Below are positions 9,485 through 20,358 of a DNA stretch of 64,000 nucleotides, one piece after another. The stretch spans positions 47,250 to 111,249 of the forward strand of contig JAZDDX010000029.1 in assembly GCA_043809315.1 (NCBI GenBank). The letters run 5' to 3'. Numbering within the stretch: position 1 is the first letter of the stretch; each line of letters starts with the position of its first letter. This DNA is from Pseudomonadota bacterium (lineage in GTDB: Bacteria > Bdellovibrionota_G > JALEGL01 > DATDPG01). The position numbers and the translations under genes are program-made. The notes beneath the pieces are model-generated. The model did not search any database and had not been told where the DNA came from. It was given only the letters and a program-made list of their open reading frames with translations.

Positions 9485-10033
9485 ATGACCCGACAAACAT
9501 TTCGTTCCATCCTGCTTCTCTCCATTCTCTCCCTTTCGGTAAAGGTCTACGCAACCGACTGTCGTCTGCTGAAACCGGGCGAACAGGTCAAGAGCGCGTT
9601 CGTCACGTTGCATACGATCCAGGGAGACATCGGGGTGACGGTCACGGTACCCGATCTGAATGAGACGATCGGCAATTGCTCATTCGGCAGAGGGGGGATG
9701 ATGGCCGGCAATAAACAGACCTATCACTTCACGGAAGCACCGTTCCCTACGGTTAAGATTCAACCCTGGGTGAACGAGATTCTCGGCTCGGCAACTCAGG
9801 TTGTCACGTACACGGATGTGACCGTGGATGTGTCGACAAGCCCGTCCGTCCCGAGCTTGTTGTTTTCCGGACCCTCCAAAAAAGTGCTCGGATTGCAGGT
9901 CGAGAGTGTCTCGGGGGTATCCGGTCATGGCGTGATCGGTTTGACTCCGGGCGTTCAGGCAAACAGTGCCGATGCCAGCGCCTGGGTATCGTACGGTACA
10001 TTTTCAGCGAATCATTACGAACTTCGTAATTAG
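9485..10033 (+). CDS. Secreted hypothetical protein
   Basis: RBS ggagg, signal peptide (VYA). Confidence 0.6.
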   Translation: MTRQTFRSILLLSILSLSVKVYATDCRLLKPGEQVKSAFVTLHTIQGDIGVTVTVPDLNETIGNCSFGRGGMMAGNKQTYHFTEAPFPTVKIQPWVNEILGSATQVVTYTDVTVDVSTSPSVPSLLFSGPSKKVLGLQVESVSGVSGHGVIGLTPGVQANSADASAWVSYGTFSANHYELRN

Positions 10034-10203
10034 ATTTCGATAATCCAAATCCCGCGCTCGGTTTTTTCATCCTCGTGTTTCTTTGGCCGTCGAGGATCGA
10101 GCATCGGGGGTTCCGGAAGGGGGAGGTGGAGCGGCAACGGCTGCTGGTACCCGTCGTGACGGTTCCTGTCGTCTTTGAAGTCCCGTCTCTGTTTCGGCAG
10201 CAT
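10030..10203 (-). CDS. Small 57-aa protein absent from the ORF track (MLPKQRRDF...QPLPLHLPLPEPP...ERGIWIIEI)
   Basis: Hand translation; ATG at 10203 with ggag RBS; preceded by a consensus sigma54 promoter and IHF site. Confidence 0.65.
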   Translation of the reverse strand: MLPKQRRDFKDDRNRHDGYQQPLPLHLPLPEPPMLDPRRPKKHEDEKTERGIWIIEI

Positions 10204-10230
10204 TTTCGTGCTCTCCGACTCCTATAAATC

Positions 10231-10272
10231 GCAACGGACGTGCCAGGTTTCGAAGCACCTAACTTATTGATA
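10231..10272 (-). promoter_or_regulatory. Sigma54 promoter plus IHF site
   Basis: TGGCAC-gtccg-TTGC (10245-10231); TATCAAtaagTTA (10272-10260) matches WATCAANNNNTTR. Confidence 0.75.
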
Positions 10273-10351
10273 ACATGGATTTACGCCGCGCGTCAGAGAC
10301 CCGCACCTGAGCTGAATTTGAGCAGGGGTGGAACTTTAAAGCCGCACCGCT

Positions 10352-11614
10352 CTAGGGCTTGCTGGTCGGCGTGACGAACCGGTTGTAGAGCCACATCAGA
10401 ATCGTCGTCAGCAGACCGACCGCCCCCACGACGTACCACATCCGTTCGGGGGCGTGCTGAACCTCTCCGAAGTAATGAAGGAGCCGGCCGGCGAGTCTCC
10501 CCCCGACTAGGTACCCGATCCCGATCGGAAGAAACGCATACCCCATGAACAGCCCTTGCTGTCCCGGAGGGGCGAGCCTCGACACATACTCGTAATAGCG
10601 TGGAGCTTGCGTGACCTCTCCGATCGCAAGCAGAACCAGCGTTGCGGCGATCAACCCCGTGCTGCCGCCGAACGTCAGGAAGAGAAAACTCAAGCTCGAG
10701 ATCAAGACGCCGACAATCATCGCCGGGAAGGCTGGGATTTTCCGTGTGAGATAAGTCACCAAGAATGTCGTCGCGATGACCGTCACCGCTTCGATCGCCA
10801 GCAAGCGGTCGATGTCGGCGTTCGGATCCACGTAGTCGCGGATGAAGATCGGCAGCGCCAGGTATTGCTGCCAGAACATCACCCAGAATCCGGAGAAGAT
10901 CAGAAGGAACGTCATGAACTTCACGTTGCCGAGGACCTTGAACAGGTTTCCGAACGCCACTCCGAGGCTCGCGACCTTCGGCTCGTTTACGCGCGGAGGT
11001 TCGCGGTAGAAGAAAAACGTCACGAAGGCCATGGCGAGACAGGTGGCGGCGCTGACGCGGAAGACGTTCTCGACCCCGACTGATTTTCGGACGACCGACG
11101 CGACGATCGGGCCGATCGCGGCGCCGATGTTCACGACGGTGTAATAGATCGAGTATCCGATCGAGCGGACGTCGTCCGCAGCCGAGCGGGCCGTCGTGCC
11201 GACGACGACCGGCTTGACGACCGCCGGCCCGATCGCCGGAACCAGCATCAGAATGTGCATCAATGCGAAGAGCGGGAGGATCTCCCGGATCGGGGCCATC
11301 CACGAAGCCGAGAGCGACCCCAGCAGGAAGTTTCCGATCGCGAGGATCACGAACGCGCCGATGAGTGTCCGGCGGAAGCCGAAGCGGTCGGCGAGGGTCC
11401 CGCCGATGATCGGCATGAACCAGACGATGAAGCCGTAATACCCGATCAGCCAGGTGGATTGTTCGCTCGAAAGCCCCAGGTGCTCATGGAGGTAGATCGC
11501 GAGAACCGCCTGCGGGCCGTAGTACGCGAGCCGTTCGAAAAGCTCGGTGAAGTTCGCGATCCAGAACGTGCGGTGAAACCCTTTTCGAATCCTCTCAAAC
11601 CAGCCTGCGGTCAT
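10352..11614 (-). CDS. MFS transporter, POT/PTR peptide-transporter-like
   Basis: ELFERLAYYG (ExxERxxxY), GGTLADRFGFRR, YYTVVNIGAAIGP. Confidence 0.9.
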   Translation of the reverse strand: MTAGWFERIRKGFHRTFWIANFTELFERLAYYGPQAVLAIYLHEHLGLSSEQSTWLIGYYGFIVWFMPIIGGTLADRFGFRRTLIGAFVILAIGNFLLGSLSASWMAPIREILPLFALMHILMLVPAIGPAVVKPVVVGTTARSAADDVRSIGYSIYYTVVNIGAAIGPIVASVVRKSVGVENVFRVSAATCLAMAFVTFFFYREPPRVNEPKVASLGVAFGNLFKVLGNVKFMTFLLIFSGFWVMFWQQYLALPIFIRDYVDPNADIDRLLAIEAVTVIATTFLVTYLTRKIPAFPAMIVGVLISSLSFLFLTFGGSTGLIAATLVLLAIGEVTQAPRYYEYVSRLAPPGQQGLFMGYAFLPIGIGYLVGGRLAGRLLHYFGEVQHAPERMWYVVGAVGLLTTILMWLYNRFVTPTSKP

Positions 11615-11642
11615 CGTGATCTCTCCTTTTCAGCTGAATGTT

Positions 11643-13157
11643 CTACGTCTGGATCCTCGGGAACAAGGGCTTGGAAAGAGCGGTCCGGAAGAGCGCTTGC
11701 TCCCCCGCCGGCGGGGAGAGGGTTTCGCCGGCACCGATGGCGGCGAGAAGCTCTTTCATTTTGACCGGCATCATCGGAAGGAGGCAGAGGCCGGCCCAAC
11801 GGAGACTTTCAAGAAGGATGTACATCAGTTCGGCGAGCTTCGGTTTGTTGGCCGGATCTTTCGCCATCGTCCAGGGCTGCCTCCGGTCGATCAGTTGGTT
11901 CGCTTCCGTAACCAACTTCCAGGCCTCTTCGAGAGCCTTGTCGATGAAGAGTGAATTCATATGCCCGTGGTAGCGCGTGATGATTCTACGGATGTTCTCC
12001 AGTTCGACGGTTAGGGTGAACTTCTCGGGCTTGCGGAGTTCCTTGCCGAGGTATTTCTCCGCCATCGAGATTGTGCGGCTCAGAAGGTTCCCCAGGTCGT
12101 TCGCCAGGTCGGCGTTGTAACGGAGGGTCAATCTTTCTTCCGAGAAGTCGCCGTCTTTGTCCCACGGAACCTCGCGCATCAGGTGATACCGGATCACGTC
12201 GGCTCCGAACTGTTTTGCGAGCGCGCGCGGGTCGGCGATCACCCCTCGGCTCTTCGACATCTTCTCCCCCCCCATCGAAACAAATCCGTGCGCCCAGACC
12301 GACTTCGGAAGGGGGAGCCCCGCTGCCATCAGCATTGCCGGCCAGATGAGACAGTGAAACCGCGTGATGTCCTTGCCGATCACATGCAGGTCGGCCGGCC
12401 AGTACTTCCCGTATTTCGGTCCGCCGATCGGGCCGACGGCCGAGATGTAGTTGATCAAAGCGTCGAACCAGACGTAGGCGACCGCCTTCTCGTCGAACGG
12501 GAGCTTCACCCCCCAGTCCTTGTTCGCCCGCGAGATCGAGACATCCTCGAGCCCTAGCTCCAGGACCCTGAGGATCTCGTTCCGCCTCGTCTCGGGACGC
12601 AGAAACCCTGGATTCTTCGCGAAATGGTCTTTGAGCTGTGCCGAGAAGGCGCTCAAACGGAAGAAGTAGTTCTCCTCCCGGATCCACTCCGGCTTCGTCT
12701 TGTGATTCGGGCAGAGCCCCCCTTCGAGATCTTTCTCCTGGTAGAACGCCTCGCACGAAACGCAGTAGTGTCCCTCGTACGGCGCCTTGAAGATGACCGC
12801 CTGTCCTTGGGCGTCTTTGGCGGCGTGAATCCGCTTTGCGACCTCCCGGACCGTCTCGTGATGGATCGGTTCCGAGGTCTGAATGAAGCGATCGTTCGAG
12901 ACGTGGAGTTCGGCCCAGGTCGCCCTGAACTCCTCCGCCATCCGGTCGCAGTAGGTCTTGGGATCGAGTTTCAGCTCGTCCGCTTTCTTCCGGACGTTCT
13001 GGGAGTGCTCGTCGTTCCCCATCACGAAGAGGACGTCGTCCCCTTGCAAACGCCGGTACCGAGCGATGACGTCGGCACCGATCTTCTCGTACGCCGTCCC
13101 CAAGTGCGGGGTCGAGTTGGCGTAATCGATCGCCGTCGTAACGTAGAATTTGGGCAT
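11643..13157 (-). CDS. metG: Methionyl-tRNA synthetase (short form)
   Basis: YVTTAIDY, HLGT, YVWFDAL, GKDITRFH, KMSKS. Confidence 0.97.
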   Translation of the reverse strand: MPKFYVTTAIDYANSTPHLGTAYEKIGADVIARYRRLQGDDVLFVMGNDEHSQNVRKKADELKLDPKTYCDRMAEEFRATWAELHVSNDRFIQTSEPIHHETVREVAKRIHAAKDAQGQAVIFKAPYEGHYCVSCEAFYQEKDLEGGLCPNHKTKPEWIREENYFFRLSAFSAQLKDHFAKNPGFLRPETRRNEILRVLELGLEDVSISRANKDWGVKLPFDEKAVAYVWFDALINYISAVGPIGGPKYGKYWPADLHVIGKDITRFHCLIWPAMLMAAGLPLPKSVWAHGFVSMGGEKMSKSRGVIADPRALAKQFGADVIRYHLMREVPWDKDGDFSEERLTLRYNADLANDLGNLLSRTISMAEKYLGKELRKPEKFTLTVELENIRRIITRYHGHMNSLFIDKALEEAWKLVTEANQLIDRRQPWTMAKDPANKPKLAELMYILLESLRWAGLCLLPMMPVKMKELLAAIGAGETLSPPAGEQALFRTALSKPLFPRIQT

Positions 13158-13166
13158 GAACCCCGA

Positions 13167-13874
13167 TTACTTCTTCTTGGTCGTCTTCGGCTTGACCGAA
13201 GACGGGGGGGCCTGCATCCCGCCGAACGACATCGTTTGCTTGGTGTAATCTTTCGGAATCTCGAATAGGGCGTCCGCCAACTTCTCCTCTTTGTACTCTT
13301 TGAGCTTCATCTCCTGTTCGACCGTGTTCGTCGGATCGACCGCTTTCTTGACGGTGAACTCGATCGGAAGGCCGCTCAGGCCGCTCGGCAGGCCGGAGCC
13401 CTCTCCGCCCGGACCTTTCGGCGTGCTCTTTTCCAGTTCCGTCAGCGCCTTCGCCAGCTCTTTGGAGGTGCAGGCTTCCTCCTTACGCCCCTCGACGCTC
13501 CTCTCGAAAACGTCGCAGGAGTATTTCCCGATCTTCTTCGTCTTCCCCGTCGCCTTAAATGGGACCTGTTTCGTCTTCGCTTCGGCCACCGCTTTGGCGT
13601 CCGGCACCGGCATCTCCATGTACGACTTCTGCCCCTCCATCAGCATGACGAATCCTTTCATCTTGGGGTTCCGGACCATCACCATCTTCCCCATCGGCAT
13701 CATGGAGCCGGAGCTCTCGAACCGGACCGACTGGTCCTGCAGCATGTAGGAGGATTCGATCGTCGCGGTCTCACCGCCGTTCTTCACGGTGACGTCGTAG
13801 ACGATCCGATAGCCGGTCCCGGCCCAAACGGTCGAAGAGGCTGCCAAAAAGAGGATTCCGATCAGTTTTTTCAT
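13167..13874 (-). CDS. DUF4412-like secreted protein
   Basis: Signal peptide; TGKTKKIGKYSC and LFEIPKDY motifs. Confidence 0.75.
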   Translation of the reverse strand: MKKLIGILFLAASSTVWAGTGYRIVYDVTVKNGGETATIESSYMLQDQSVRFESSGSMMPMGKMVMVRNPKMKGFVMLMEGQKSYMEMPVPDAKAVAEAKTKQVPFKATGKTKKIGKYSCDVFERSVEGRKEEACTSKELAKALTELEKSTPKGPGGEGSGLPSGLSGLPIEFTVKKAVDPTNTVEQEMKLKEYKEEKLADALFEIPKDYTKQTMSFGGMQAPPSSVKPKTTKKK

Positions 13875-13924
13875 AGCGACCCCTTTCTATCTGCGCGCTT
13901 GCGTACGATCCAGAAGAATTTAAG

Positions 13925-16477
13925 ATGGCGCCACCTATGACGCGCCGAAGTGTCGCCCGTTACGAACCGCTCAAGATCGAACCGAAATGGCAGAAGGCCT
14001 GGACCCGCGCCAAGGCCTTCTCCGCCAAGGACGGCAAGGGGAAGAAGTCGTACATCCTCGACATGTTCCCTTACCCCTCCGGCCGGATCCACATGGGGCA
14101 CGTCCGGAACTACGCGATCGGCGACGTCGTCACCCGATACCGGTTGCACCTCGGCGAGAACGTCCTCCACCCGATGGGGTTCGATGCCTTCGGGATGCCG
14201 GCGGAGAACGCCGCGATTCAGAACAACTCCCACCCCCGGAAATGGACGTACGACAACATCGAGTTCATGGAGACGCAGCTCAAACGGATAGGCTTGGCGA
14301 TCGACTGGGACCGCCGCGTCGTCACCTGCGACCCCGCCTACTACCGCTGGGAGCAGCAGCTCTTCATCCAGATGTACGAGAAGGGACTCGCCTATCGGAA
14401 ACGGTCGGTCCAGCATTGGTGCCCGACTTGCGAGACGGTGCTGGCCAACGAACAGGTCGAAAACGGGAAATGCTGGCGGTGCGATTCGGCTGTCACGAAG
14501 AAAGATCTCGACCAGTGGTTTCTGAAGATCACGGCGTACGCCGACGAACTGCTCGAGGGATTGAAAGAGCTCGCCGACGGGTGGCCGGAGCGGGTCCTCA
14601 CCATGCAGCATAACTGGATCGGGCGGAGCGATGGGGCGTACATCGACTTCGAGATCGAGGGGATGCCTGGGGAGAAGCTCCAGGTCTTCACCACCCGCCC
14701 CGACACGCTGTACGGCGCGACCTTTCTCTCGATCGCCCCGGAACACCCGTTGATCGCGAAGGTCACAAAGCTCGTTTCGAAGGAAAAGCGGGAAGAGTTG
14801 CTCGCCTTCGCCGAGAAGGTGAAGAAGACCGACGTCTCCGCCCGGACCGAAGCCTCGCTCGAGAAGGAGGGGGTCGCCACCGGGATCTTCGGACTCCACC
14901 CGTTCACGAAAGAGCGGCTCCCGATCTACGCCGCGAACTTCGTCGTCATGATGTACGGAACCGGCGCCGTCATGGCGGTTCCTTGTCACGACCAGCGCGA
15001 CTTCGAATTCGCCGAGAAGTACGGGATCCCGCGAGCACTCGTCATCCAACCTCCGGATCAGAACCTGACCACGGAGGAGATGGAAGCGGCGTACGAAGGG
15101 CCGGGAACGATGATCCGGTCGGGGGAGTTCGACGGACTGGACAACGAACAGGGGAAGAAAGAGATCGTCGATGCGCTCCGGAAGATCGGCGCGGGGAAAC
15201 CGGCGATCACCTATCGGCTTCGTGACTGGGGGATCTCCCGCCAACGGTACTGGGGGACTCCGATCCCGATGGTTCATTGCGATTCGTGCGGCACCGTCCC
15301 CGTGCCGCTCAAAGAGCTTCCTGTCGAACTTCCCTCGAAAGTCCCGCTGACCGGCGAAGGGGGTTCCCCCCTCGCGCGGATTCCGTCGTTCGTCAAGACG
15401 AAGTGTCCGAAGTGCAGGAAACCGGCCCACCGCGAGACCGACACAATGGACACCTTCATGGAGTCGTCCTGGTATTTCCTCCGGTACTGCTCCCCGAAGT
15501 TCAAGAAGGGGTTGTGCGATCCGAAGGCGGTCGACTATTGGATGCCGGTCGATCAGTACATCGGAGGGATCGAACATGCGATCCTCCACCTCCTCTACGC
15601 CCGGTTCTTAACCCGTGTCCTGCGCGACCTCAAGATGGTGAAGGTCTCCGAGCCGTTCCAACGCCTCATGACGCAGGGGATGGTGATCAAGGACGGGGAG
15701 AAGATGTCGAAGTCGAAAGGGAACGTCGTCGACCCGGACTACCTGATCCAGAAATACGGCGCCGACACACTCCGCGTCTTCTCGCTCTTTGCCGCCCCGG
15801 CGGAGCGGGATCTCGACTGGAGCGACCAGGGGGTCGACGGGGCGTTCCGCTTCCTCGACCGGTTCTGGCGTTTTGTCCTCAATATCGACGCCGTGACGAG
15901 AAAGCTCCCGAAGCTCTCGGACGTTGAGATCCGAAAAGACCCGAAGGCGGAAGAGGTCCTTCGAGGTTTGCACAAGACGATCCGGGCGGTGACCGAAGGG
16001 ATCCGACGATTCCATTTCAACACCTCCATCAGCGCCGTCATGGAGCTGGTGAACAGCATTTCGGGAGAGCATCCCGACTTCTGGAGCCTAGCTCTGGAGC
16101 CGGAGAAGGGGTCGGATCTCTCGACCGAGCAGCTGGCGGCCTGGAGGGAGGCGGCCCGCGCGACGGTGATCCTGATGTCGCCGTTCGCCCCGCACATCAC
16201 CCAGGAACTCTGGAAGGAGCTGGGGAACAAGAAACTCCTGGCTCGCCACCCCTGGCCGGCGTTCGACCCGGCGCTGGCGGCCGACGAAATCGTGACCCTG
16301 GTCGTCCAGGTGAACGGCAAAGTCCGGGGGAAGGTCGAGATCGAGCGGGGGGCGGCGGAATCGGCCGTCCTGGCGGCCGCCCAGTCAAACGACAACGTCC
16401 GACGGTTCCTCGAGGGGAAACAGATACGGAAGACCATTGTTGTTCCCGACAAACTGGTTAATCTAGTGATCGGGTGA
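13925..16477 (+). CDS. leuS: Leucyl-tRNA synthetase
   Basis: [43 protein letters not shown]. Confidence 0.98.
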   Translation: MAPPMTRRSVARYEPLKIEPKWQKAWTRAKAFSAKDGKGKKSYILDMFPYPSGRIHMGHVRNYAIGDVVTRYRLHLGENVLHPMGFDAFGMPAENAAIQNNSHPRKWTYDNIEFMETQLKRIGLAIDWDRRVVTCDPAYYRWEQQLFIQMYEKGLAYRKRSVQHWCPTCETVLANEQVENGKCWRCDSAVTKKDLDQWFLKITAYADELLEGLKELADGWPERVLTMQHNWIGRSDGAYIDFEIEGMPGEKLQVFTTRPDTLYGATFLSIAPEHPLIAKVTKLVSKEKREELLAFAEKVKKTDVSARTEASLEKEGVATGIFGLHPFTKERLPIYAANFVVMMYGTGAVMAVPCHDQRDFEFAEKYGIPRALVIQPPDQNLTTEEMEAAYEGPGTMIRSGEFDGLDNEQGKKEIVDALRKIGAGKPAITYRLRDWGISRQRYWGTPIPMVHCDSCGTVPVPLKELPVELPSKVPLTGEGGSPLARIPSFVKTKCPKCRKPAHRETDTMDTFMESSWYFLRYCSPKFKKGLCDPKAVDYWMPVDQYIGGIEHAILHLLYARFLTRVLRDLKMVKVSEPFQRLMTQGMVIKDGEKMSKSKGNVVDPDYLIQKYGADTLRVFSLFAAPAERDLDWSDQGVDGAFRFLDRFWRFVLNIDAVTRKLPKLSDVEIRKDPKAEEVLRGLHKTIRAVTEGIRRFHFNTSISAVMELVNSISGEHPDFWSLALEPEKGSDLSTEQLAAWREAARATVILMSPFAPHITQELWKELGNKKLLARHPWPAFDPALAADEIVTLVVQVNGKVRGKVEIERGAAESAVLAAAQSNDNVRRFLEGKQIRKTIVVPDKLVNLVIG

Positions 16478-17430
16478 AGATCTCTCCGGTTGTATTTGTC
16501 GTAGGCGCGCAACCCCTTCAGCAGAAGCTGTTCGTGGAGGAGGTGCGGAAGAATCTCTTTCCGAACGGATCCGGAGGTTTGAACGACGACACGTTCGACG
16601 CGAAGGAGAAGAACCTCGTCGAGATCCTCGACCTCGCCAACACTTTCCCGATGCTCGCTCCGAAACGCCTCGTGGTGGTGACCCTCGCCGACGATCCCAA
16701 AGAGGCGGATGAGACGCGCTGGATCTCGTACGTCGAGAACCCCTCGCCGAACACGGTGTTGGTCGGCCTCGCCGCAAAGTTGGACAAGCGAAAACGGCTC
16801 TTCAAGGCGTTGGACAAGATCGACGCGATTGTGACTCTCCCCGATCCGAAGGCACGGGAGATTCCGGTTTGGGTCGAGCAGTTGGCGCGCCATCATGCCG
16901 TGACGTTCACGCCAAGAGCTAAGTTGCTCCTGGCAGAGGCAGTCGGGACCGACCTCACGCTTCTCGACCAGGAGATCGCGAAGCTCGCCCTCTACGCCCA
17001 CCCGGCGACGACGATCGACGAGAAGATGGTTGCAGAATTGGTTCTGGAGACGGCCGAGGCGAACATCTTCGAATTCACCGACCAGGTGGTCGAACGGCGA
17101 ACGGGCGAGGCGCTCCATACGATGGACCGGTTGATCGCGACCGGTACCCCTCCCCTTGTTCTTTTGACCATGCTGACCCGGCACCTTCGGATCCTTTGGA
17201 AGGCGAACCACCACACGAAATCACGAACCAATCGAAATGAGCTGCCCGCCATACTGGGTGTGCCCCCATTCGCCGTTTCACGATACATGGATCAGGCGAG
17301 AAGCTTTCAGACCCCGACGTTGAAGCAGGCTCTGTCGGAGTTGGGAAATCTCGACCGCGATCTCAAGTCAAGCGGTCTTCCGGCGAAGCTCTTGATGGAG
17401 CGATCGCTGCGAACGATAACGGCGATTTAA
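16474..17430 (+). CDS. holA: DNA polymerase III delta subunit
   Basis: [28 protein letters not shown]; follows leuS. Confidence 0.9.
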   Translation: MKISPVVFVVGAQPLQQKLFVEEVRKNLFPNGSGGLNDDTFDAKEKNLVEILDLANTFPMLAPKRLVVVTLADDPKEADETRWISYVENPSPNTVLVGLAAKLDKRKRLFKALDKIDAIVTLPDPKAREIPVWVEQLARHHAVTFTPRAKLLLAEAVGTDLTLLDQEIAKLALYAHPATTIDEKMVAELVLETAEANIFEFTDQVVERRTGEALHTMDRLIATGTPPLVLLTMLTRHLRILWKANHHTKSRTNRNELPAILGVPPFAVSRYMDQARSFQTPTLKQALSELGNLDRDLKSSGLPAKLLMERSLRTITAI

Positions 17431-17557
17431 CCTTTCCCACTCTCCGGTTTCCGGTCGAAACGTCCGATTACGGACCGGATTACGAACTCACTTGAACCCC
17501 CTTGCCCATTTAGGGGCAAACGGGTCGGTATCTCTCTTGCAATGTCTCAATTCACGA

Positions 17558-17752
17558 ATGAAGCGTCGGGAACTCGAGAGGAAGCTCAAGGCTATGGGCT
17601 GGCGTCTCCTTCGCCATGGCAGCCACCATGATATCTGGACGAACGGGGAAGATCAGGTCGAGGTCCCGAGACACCCGGAAATCCATGAGAAATTGGCTCG
17701 ATACGGAATCCTACGAATCGCCAACGCGAGCCCAGGCTGGAGGGGGGATTGA
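17558..17752 (+). CDS. hicA: HicA mRNA interferase toxin
   Basis: MKRRELERKL, RHGSHHDIW, VPRHPEI. Confidence 0.88.
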   Translation: MKRRELERKLKAMGWRLLRHGSHHDIWTNGEDQVEVPRHPEIHEKLARYGILRIANASPGWRGD

Positions 17753-17806
17753 TGTCATACAAATATGTTTGTATGATGAAATCGGGCTCTGCGGAAAGGA
17801 GTTCAT

Positions 17807-18220
17807 ATGCTCACGTTTGAGGGACAGATCATTGAGGACGGTCGTTATTGGCTGGTGGCGATTCCAGCCCTCAATCTGGCTACCCAGGGCCGGTCGAAAA
17901 GGGAGGCGTATCGAATGGCCCGAAACGTTGTGATCGACGCCAGCGGAAACGACCGATTGGAGGTAACCCTGATGAAGGGGCCCGGGAACACTTTTCTATT
18001 AACCTCCTCCGATCTCGAAACCCTGATTCCCTTGCTCCTTAAGAAACAGCGCCAAAAAGCAGGTCTCTCGGTGGCGCAAGCTTCGCGTAGGCTCGGGTCG
18101 AACTCGTCGAACGCCTACGGGGTATACGAGTATGGCCGCGCAAGACCGACACTACGAAAGCTGGAACAGCTCCTTCGGGCGATCAACCCCGCACACCGGG
18201 TGACGCTCAAGTGCGCCTAA
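17807..18220 (+). CDS. hicB: HicB antitoxin with C-terminal XRE HTH
   Basis: WLVAIPALNLATQGRSKREA; HTH RQKAGLS...YEYGRARPT; RBS aaggag. Confidence 0.85.
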   Translation: MLTFEGQIIEDGRYWLVAIPALNLATQGRSKREAYRMARNVVIDASGNDRLEVTLMKGPGNTFLLTSSDLETLIPLLLKKQRQKAGLSVAQASRRLGSNSSNAYGVYEYGRARPTLRKLEQLLRAINPAHRVTLKCA

Positions 18221-18236
18221 GTTGGTGGGATATCTC

Positions 18237-18497
18237 CTAAAGGGAGGAAACGAGCTTGGAGAGGCGGCCGACCCGGCGGGCGGCGGTGTTGCGGTGGAGG
18301 GCCCCCTTGCCGCGGGCCTTGTAGATCTCTTTGGTGGCGAACGACAGAGCCTTCGACGCGGAATCCTTGTCCTTCTTGGTCACGGCCTCGACGACCTTCT
18401 TGGAGGCGGTACGGACGCGGCTCTTCCACCAGCGGTTGCGGGTTTGGGCCTTCAGGCTCTCGCGATGTCTCTTCTCTGCCGACTTGTGTCTCACCAT
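18237..18497 (-). CDS. rpsT: 30S ribosomal protein S20
   Basis: KSAEKR, KSRVRT, KGALHRNTAARR. Confidence 0.95.
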   Translation of the reverse strand: MVRHKSAEKRHRESLKAQTRNRWWKSRVRTASKKVVEAVTKKDKDSASKALSFATKEIYKARGKGALHRNTAARRVGRLSKLVSSL

Positions 18498-18510
18498 AAG
18501 AGGGCGGCCT

Positions 18511-18580
18511 GATACCGCGTCCGGCCCGCCCCTGTCAAGAAAAAGCCTTTGACAATCGCGCCTTTCATTCAGTAAGTAAG
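18511..18580. promoter_or_regulatory. Back-to-back sigma70 -35 boxes of the divergent rpsT and rpsA promoters
   Basis: TTGACA-17-TATCAG on the minus strand; TTGACA at 18549 on the plus strand. Confidence 0.5.
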
Positions 18581-18636
18581 CCCGCCTATTAGGTTTCCTT
18601 GGGGCTGGAGCCTGGGGATCCCGGAAAGAAGTCGAA

Positions 18637-20358
18637 TTGAACCAAATGGAAACGAATCACGAGAGTTTTGAGAAACTGTTTTTGGCCTCCGTGGCGGACG
18701 AAAAGGAAGTGCGCGAGGGGCAGATCGTATCGGGGACCGTCATCAAAGTCGGTCGCGAGGCGGTCACGATCGACATCGGATACAAGTCGGAGGGGCAGGT
18801 CTCTTTGGGCGAATTCCGCCACCGGGACGGATCGATCACGGTCGCGGTCGGTGACAAGGTCGACGTCTTCCTCGAGAGCACGGAAGACGACGAAGGGCTC
18901 GTCATCGTATCGAAAGAGAAGGCCGACAAGCTGAAGATCTGGGACGAGATCGCCGAGGCCTGCGAGAAGAGCGAAGTGGTCGAAGGACGGATCGTCGAAC
19001 GAGTCAAGGGAGGCGTTTCCGTCGACATCGGCGTCAAAGCGTTCCTCCCCGGCTCGCAGATCGATCTCACCCCGATCCGCGATCTCGATTCGCTGCTGGG
19101 AAAGACGTTCCAGTTCAAGATCATCAAGTTCAACAAGATGCGGGGGAACATCGTTTTGAGCCGCCGAGTTCTTCTGGAGAAGGCACGGGAAGCCCAACGC
19201 GAGAAGACCCTCGAGGTTCTCGCCGAAGGTGCGATTCTCCAGGGAACGGTCAAGAACCTGACCGACTACGGTGCATTCATCGACCTCGGGGGAATCGACG
19301 GCCTCCTGCACATCACCGACGTGTCGTGGAAGCGGATCAACCACCCGAACGAGGTGTTGACCGTTGGAAGCACGATCACGGTGAAGGTCCTCAAGTTCGA
19401 CCAGGAGAAGGAGCGCGTTTCCCTTGGCTTGAAACAGATGAGCGAGGATCCGTGGGCACAGGCCGACATGCGGTATCCGAAGAACGTCCGGGTCAAGGGG
19501 AAGGTCGTCAACCTCACCGATTACGGTGCATTCATCGAAGTGGAGGACGGCGTCGAAGGGTTGATTCACGTCTCCGAAATGTCGTGGACGAAGCGGATCA
19601 AACATCCTTCCGCGATCCTGGCCCTTGGGACCGCCGTGGAAGCTGTGGTTCTCGACCTCGACAAGGACAACCGACGGATGTCGTTGGGGCTCAAACAAAC
19701 CCAGCCGAACCCGTGGGACGACCTGGTGAAGAAGTACCCCCCGGGAACCAAGATCAAGGGAGAAGTGAGGAACGTCACCGATTTCGGCCTCTTCGTGGAG
19801 GTCGAGGAAGGGATCGACGGGCTCATTCACGTCTCCGATCTTTCCTGGTCGACTAAGGTCAAGAACCCGCACGATGTCTTCAAGAAAGGGGACGTCGTCG
19901 AGGCGGTGGTCTTGAACGTCGATCCGTCGGCGGAGCGTTTCTCGCTCGGGATCAAGCAGTTGTCCGACGATCCGTGGCAAGCGGCAGCCGATCAGTATTC
20001 GATCGGAAACGAGGTCGAAGGGGAGATCACGAAGGTGGCGGAGTTCGGCCTCTTCGTGAAGGTGGCGGACGACATCGAAGGTCTGGTCCACGTCTCCGAG
20101 ATCGCCGACGAGAAGATCGAGGACCTGAACACCCGCTTCAAGGCCGGGGAGAAGGTCAAAGCGATGATCATCTCGCTCGACCCGAACGACCGGAAGATGA
20201 GCCTCTCGATCAAAGCGACCCTCCATCCGGAGAAAGCGGCCGCGGCGATCAAGAAGGAGAAGAAACCGTCTCGCCCGACCCTCGGCGACATCATGGACGA
20301 AGGGCTCAAGAAGAAGGGGCGCAAGTCGAAGAAGGAGCCTGAAGAAGGCGCGGCTTGA
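18637..20358 (+). CDS. rpsA: 30S ribosomal protein S1
   Basis: Six S1 repeats (DIGYKSEG, DYGAFIDLGGIDGLLH, EGLIHVSE). Confidence 0.98.
   Translation: MNQMETNHESFEKLFLASVADEKEVREGQIVSGTVIKVGREAVTIDIGYKSEGQVSLGEFRHRDGSITVAVGDKVDVFLESTEDDEGLVIVSKEKADKLKIWDEIAEACEKSEVVEGRIVERVKGGVSVDIGVKAFLPGSQIDLTPIRDLDSLLGKTFQFKIIKFNKMRGNIVLSRRVLLEKAREAQREKTLEVLAEGAILQGTVKNLTDYGAFIDLGGIDGLLHITDVSWKRINHPNEVLTVGSTITVKVLKFDQEKERVSLGLKQMSEDPWAQADMRYPKNVRVKGKVVNLTDYGAFIEVEDGVEGLIHVSEMSWTKRIKHPSAILALGTAVEAVVLDLDKDNRRMSLGLKQTQPNPWDDLVKKYPPGTKIKGEVRNVTDFGLFVEVEEGIDGLIHVSDLSWSTKVKNPHDVFKKGDVVEAVVLNVDPSAERFSLGIKQLSDDPWQAAADQYSIGNEVEGEITKVAEFGLFVKVADDIEGLVHVSEIADEKIEDLNTRFKAGEKVKAMIISLDPNDRKMSLSIKATLHPEKAAAAIKKEKKPSRPTLGDIMDEGLKKKGRKSKKEPEEGAA

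Noticed and set aside
10067-10258. 63-aa ORF from the track
   Set aside because: Starts upstream of the sigma54 promoter and has no RBS; the 10030-10203 frame is better supported
11643-13157. MetG lacking the C-terminal tRNA-binding domain
   Set aside because: Short monomeric MetRS forms are common
13871-15589. Long antisense ORFs (572 aa here; also 18589-20226, 23051-24433, 49526-51322, 54501-55922)
   Set aside because: They shadow well-supported genes on the opposite strand; expected from high-GC codon bias and show no protein motifs
19250-20200. Internal repeats in rpsA
   Set aside because: Normal S1 domain repeats
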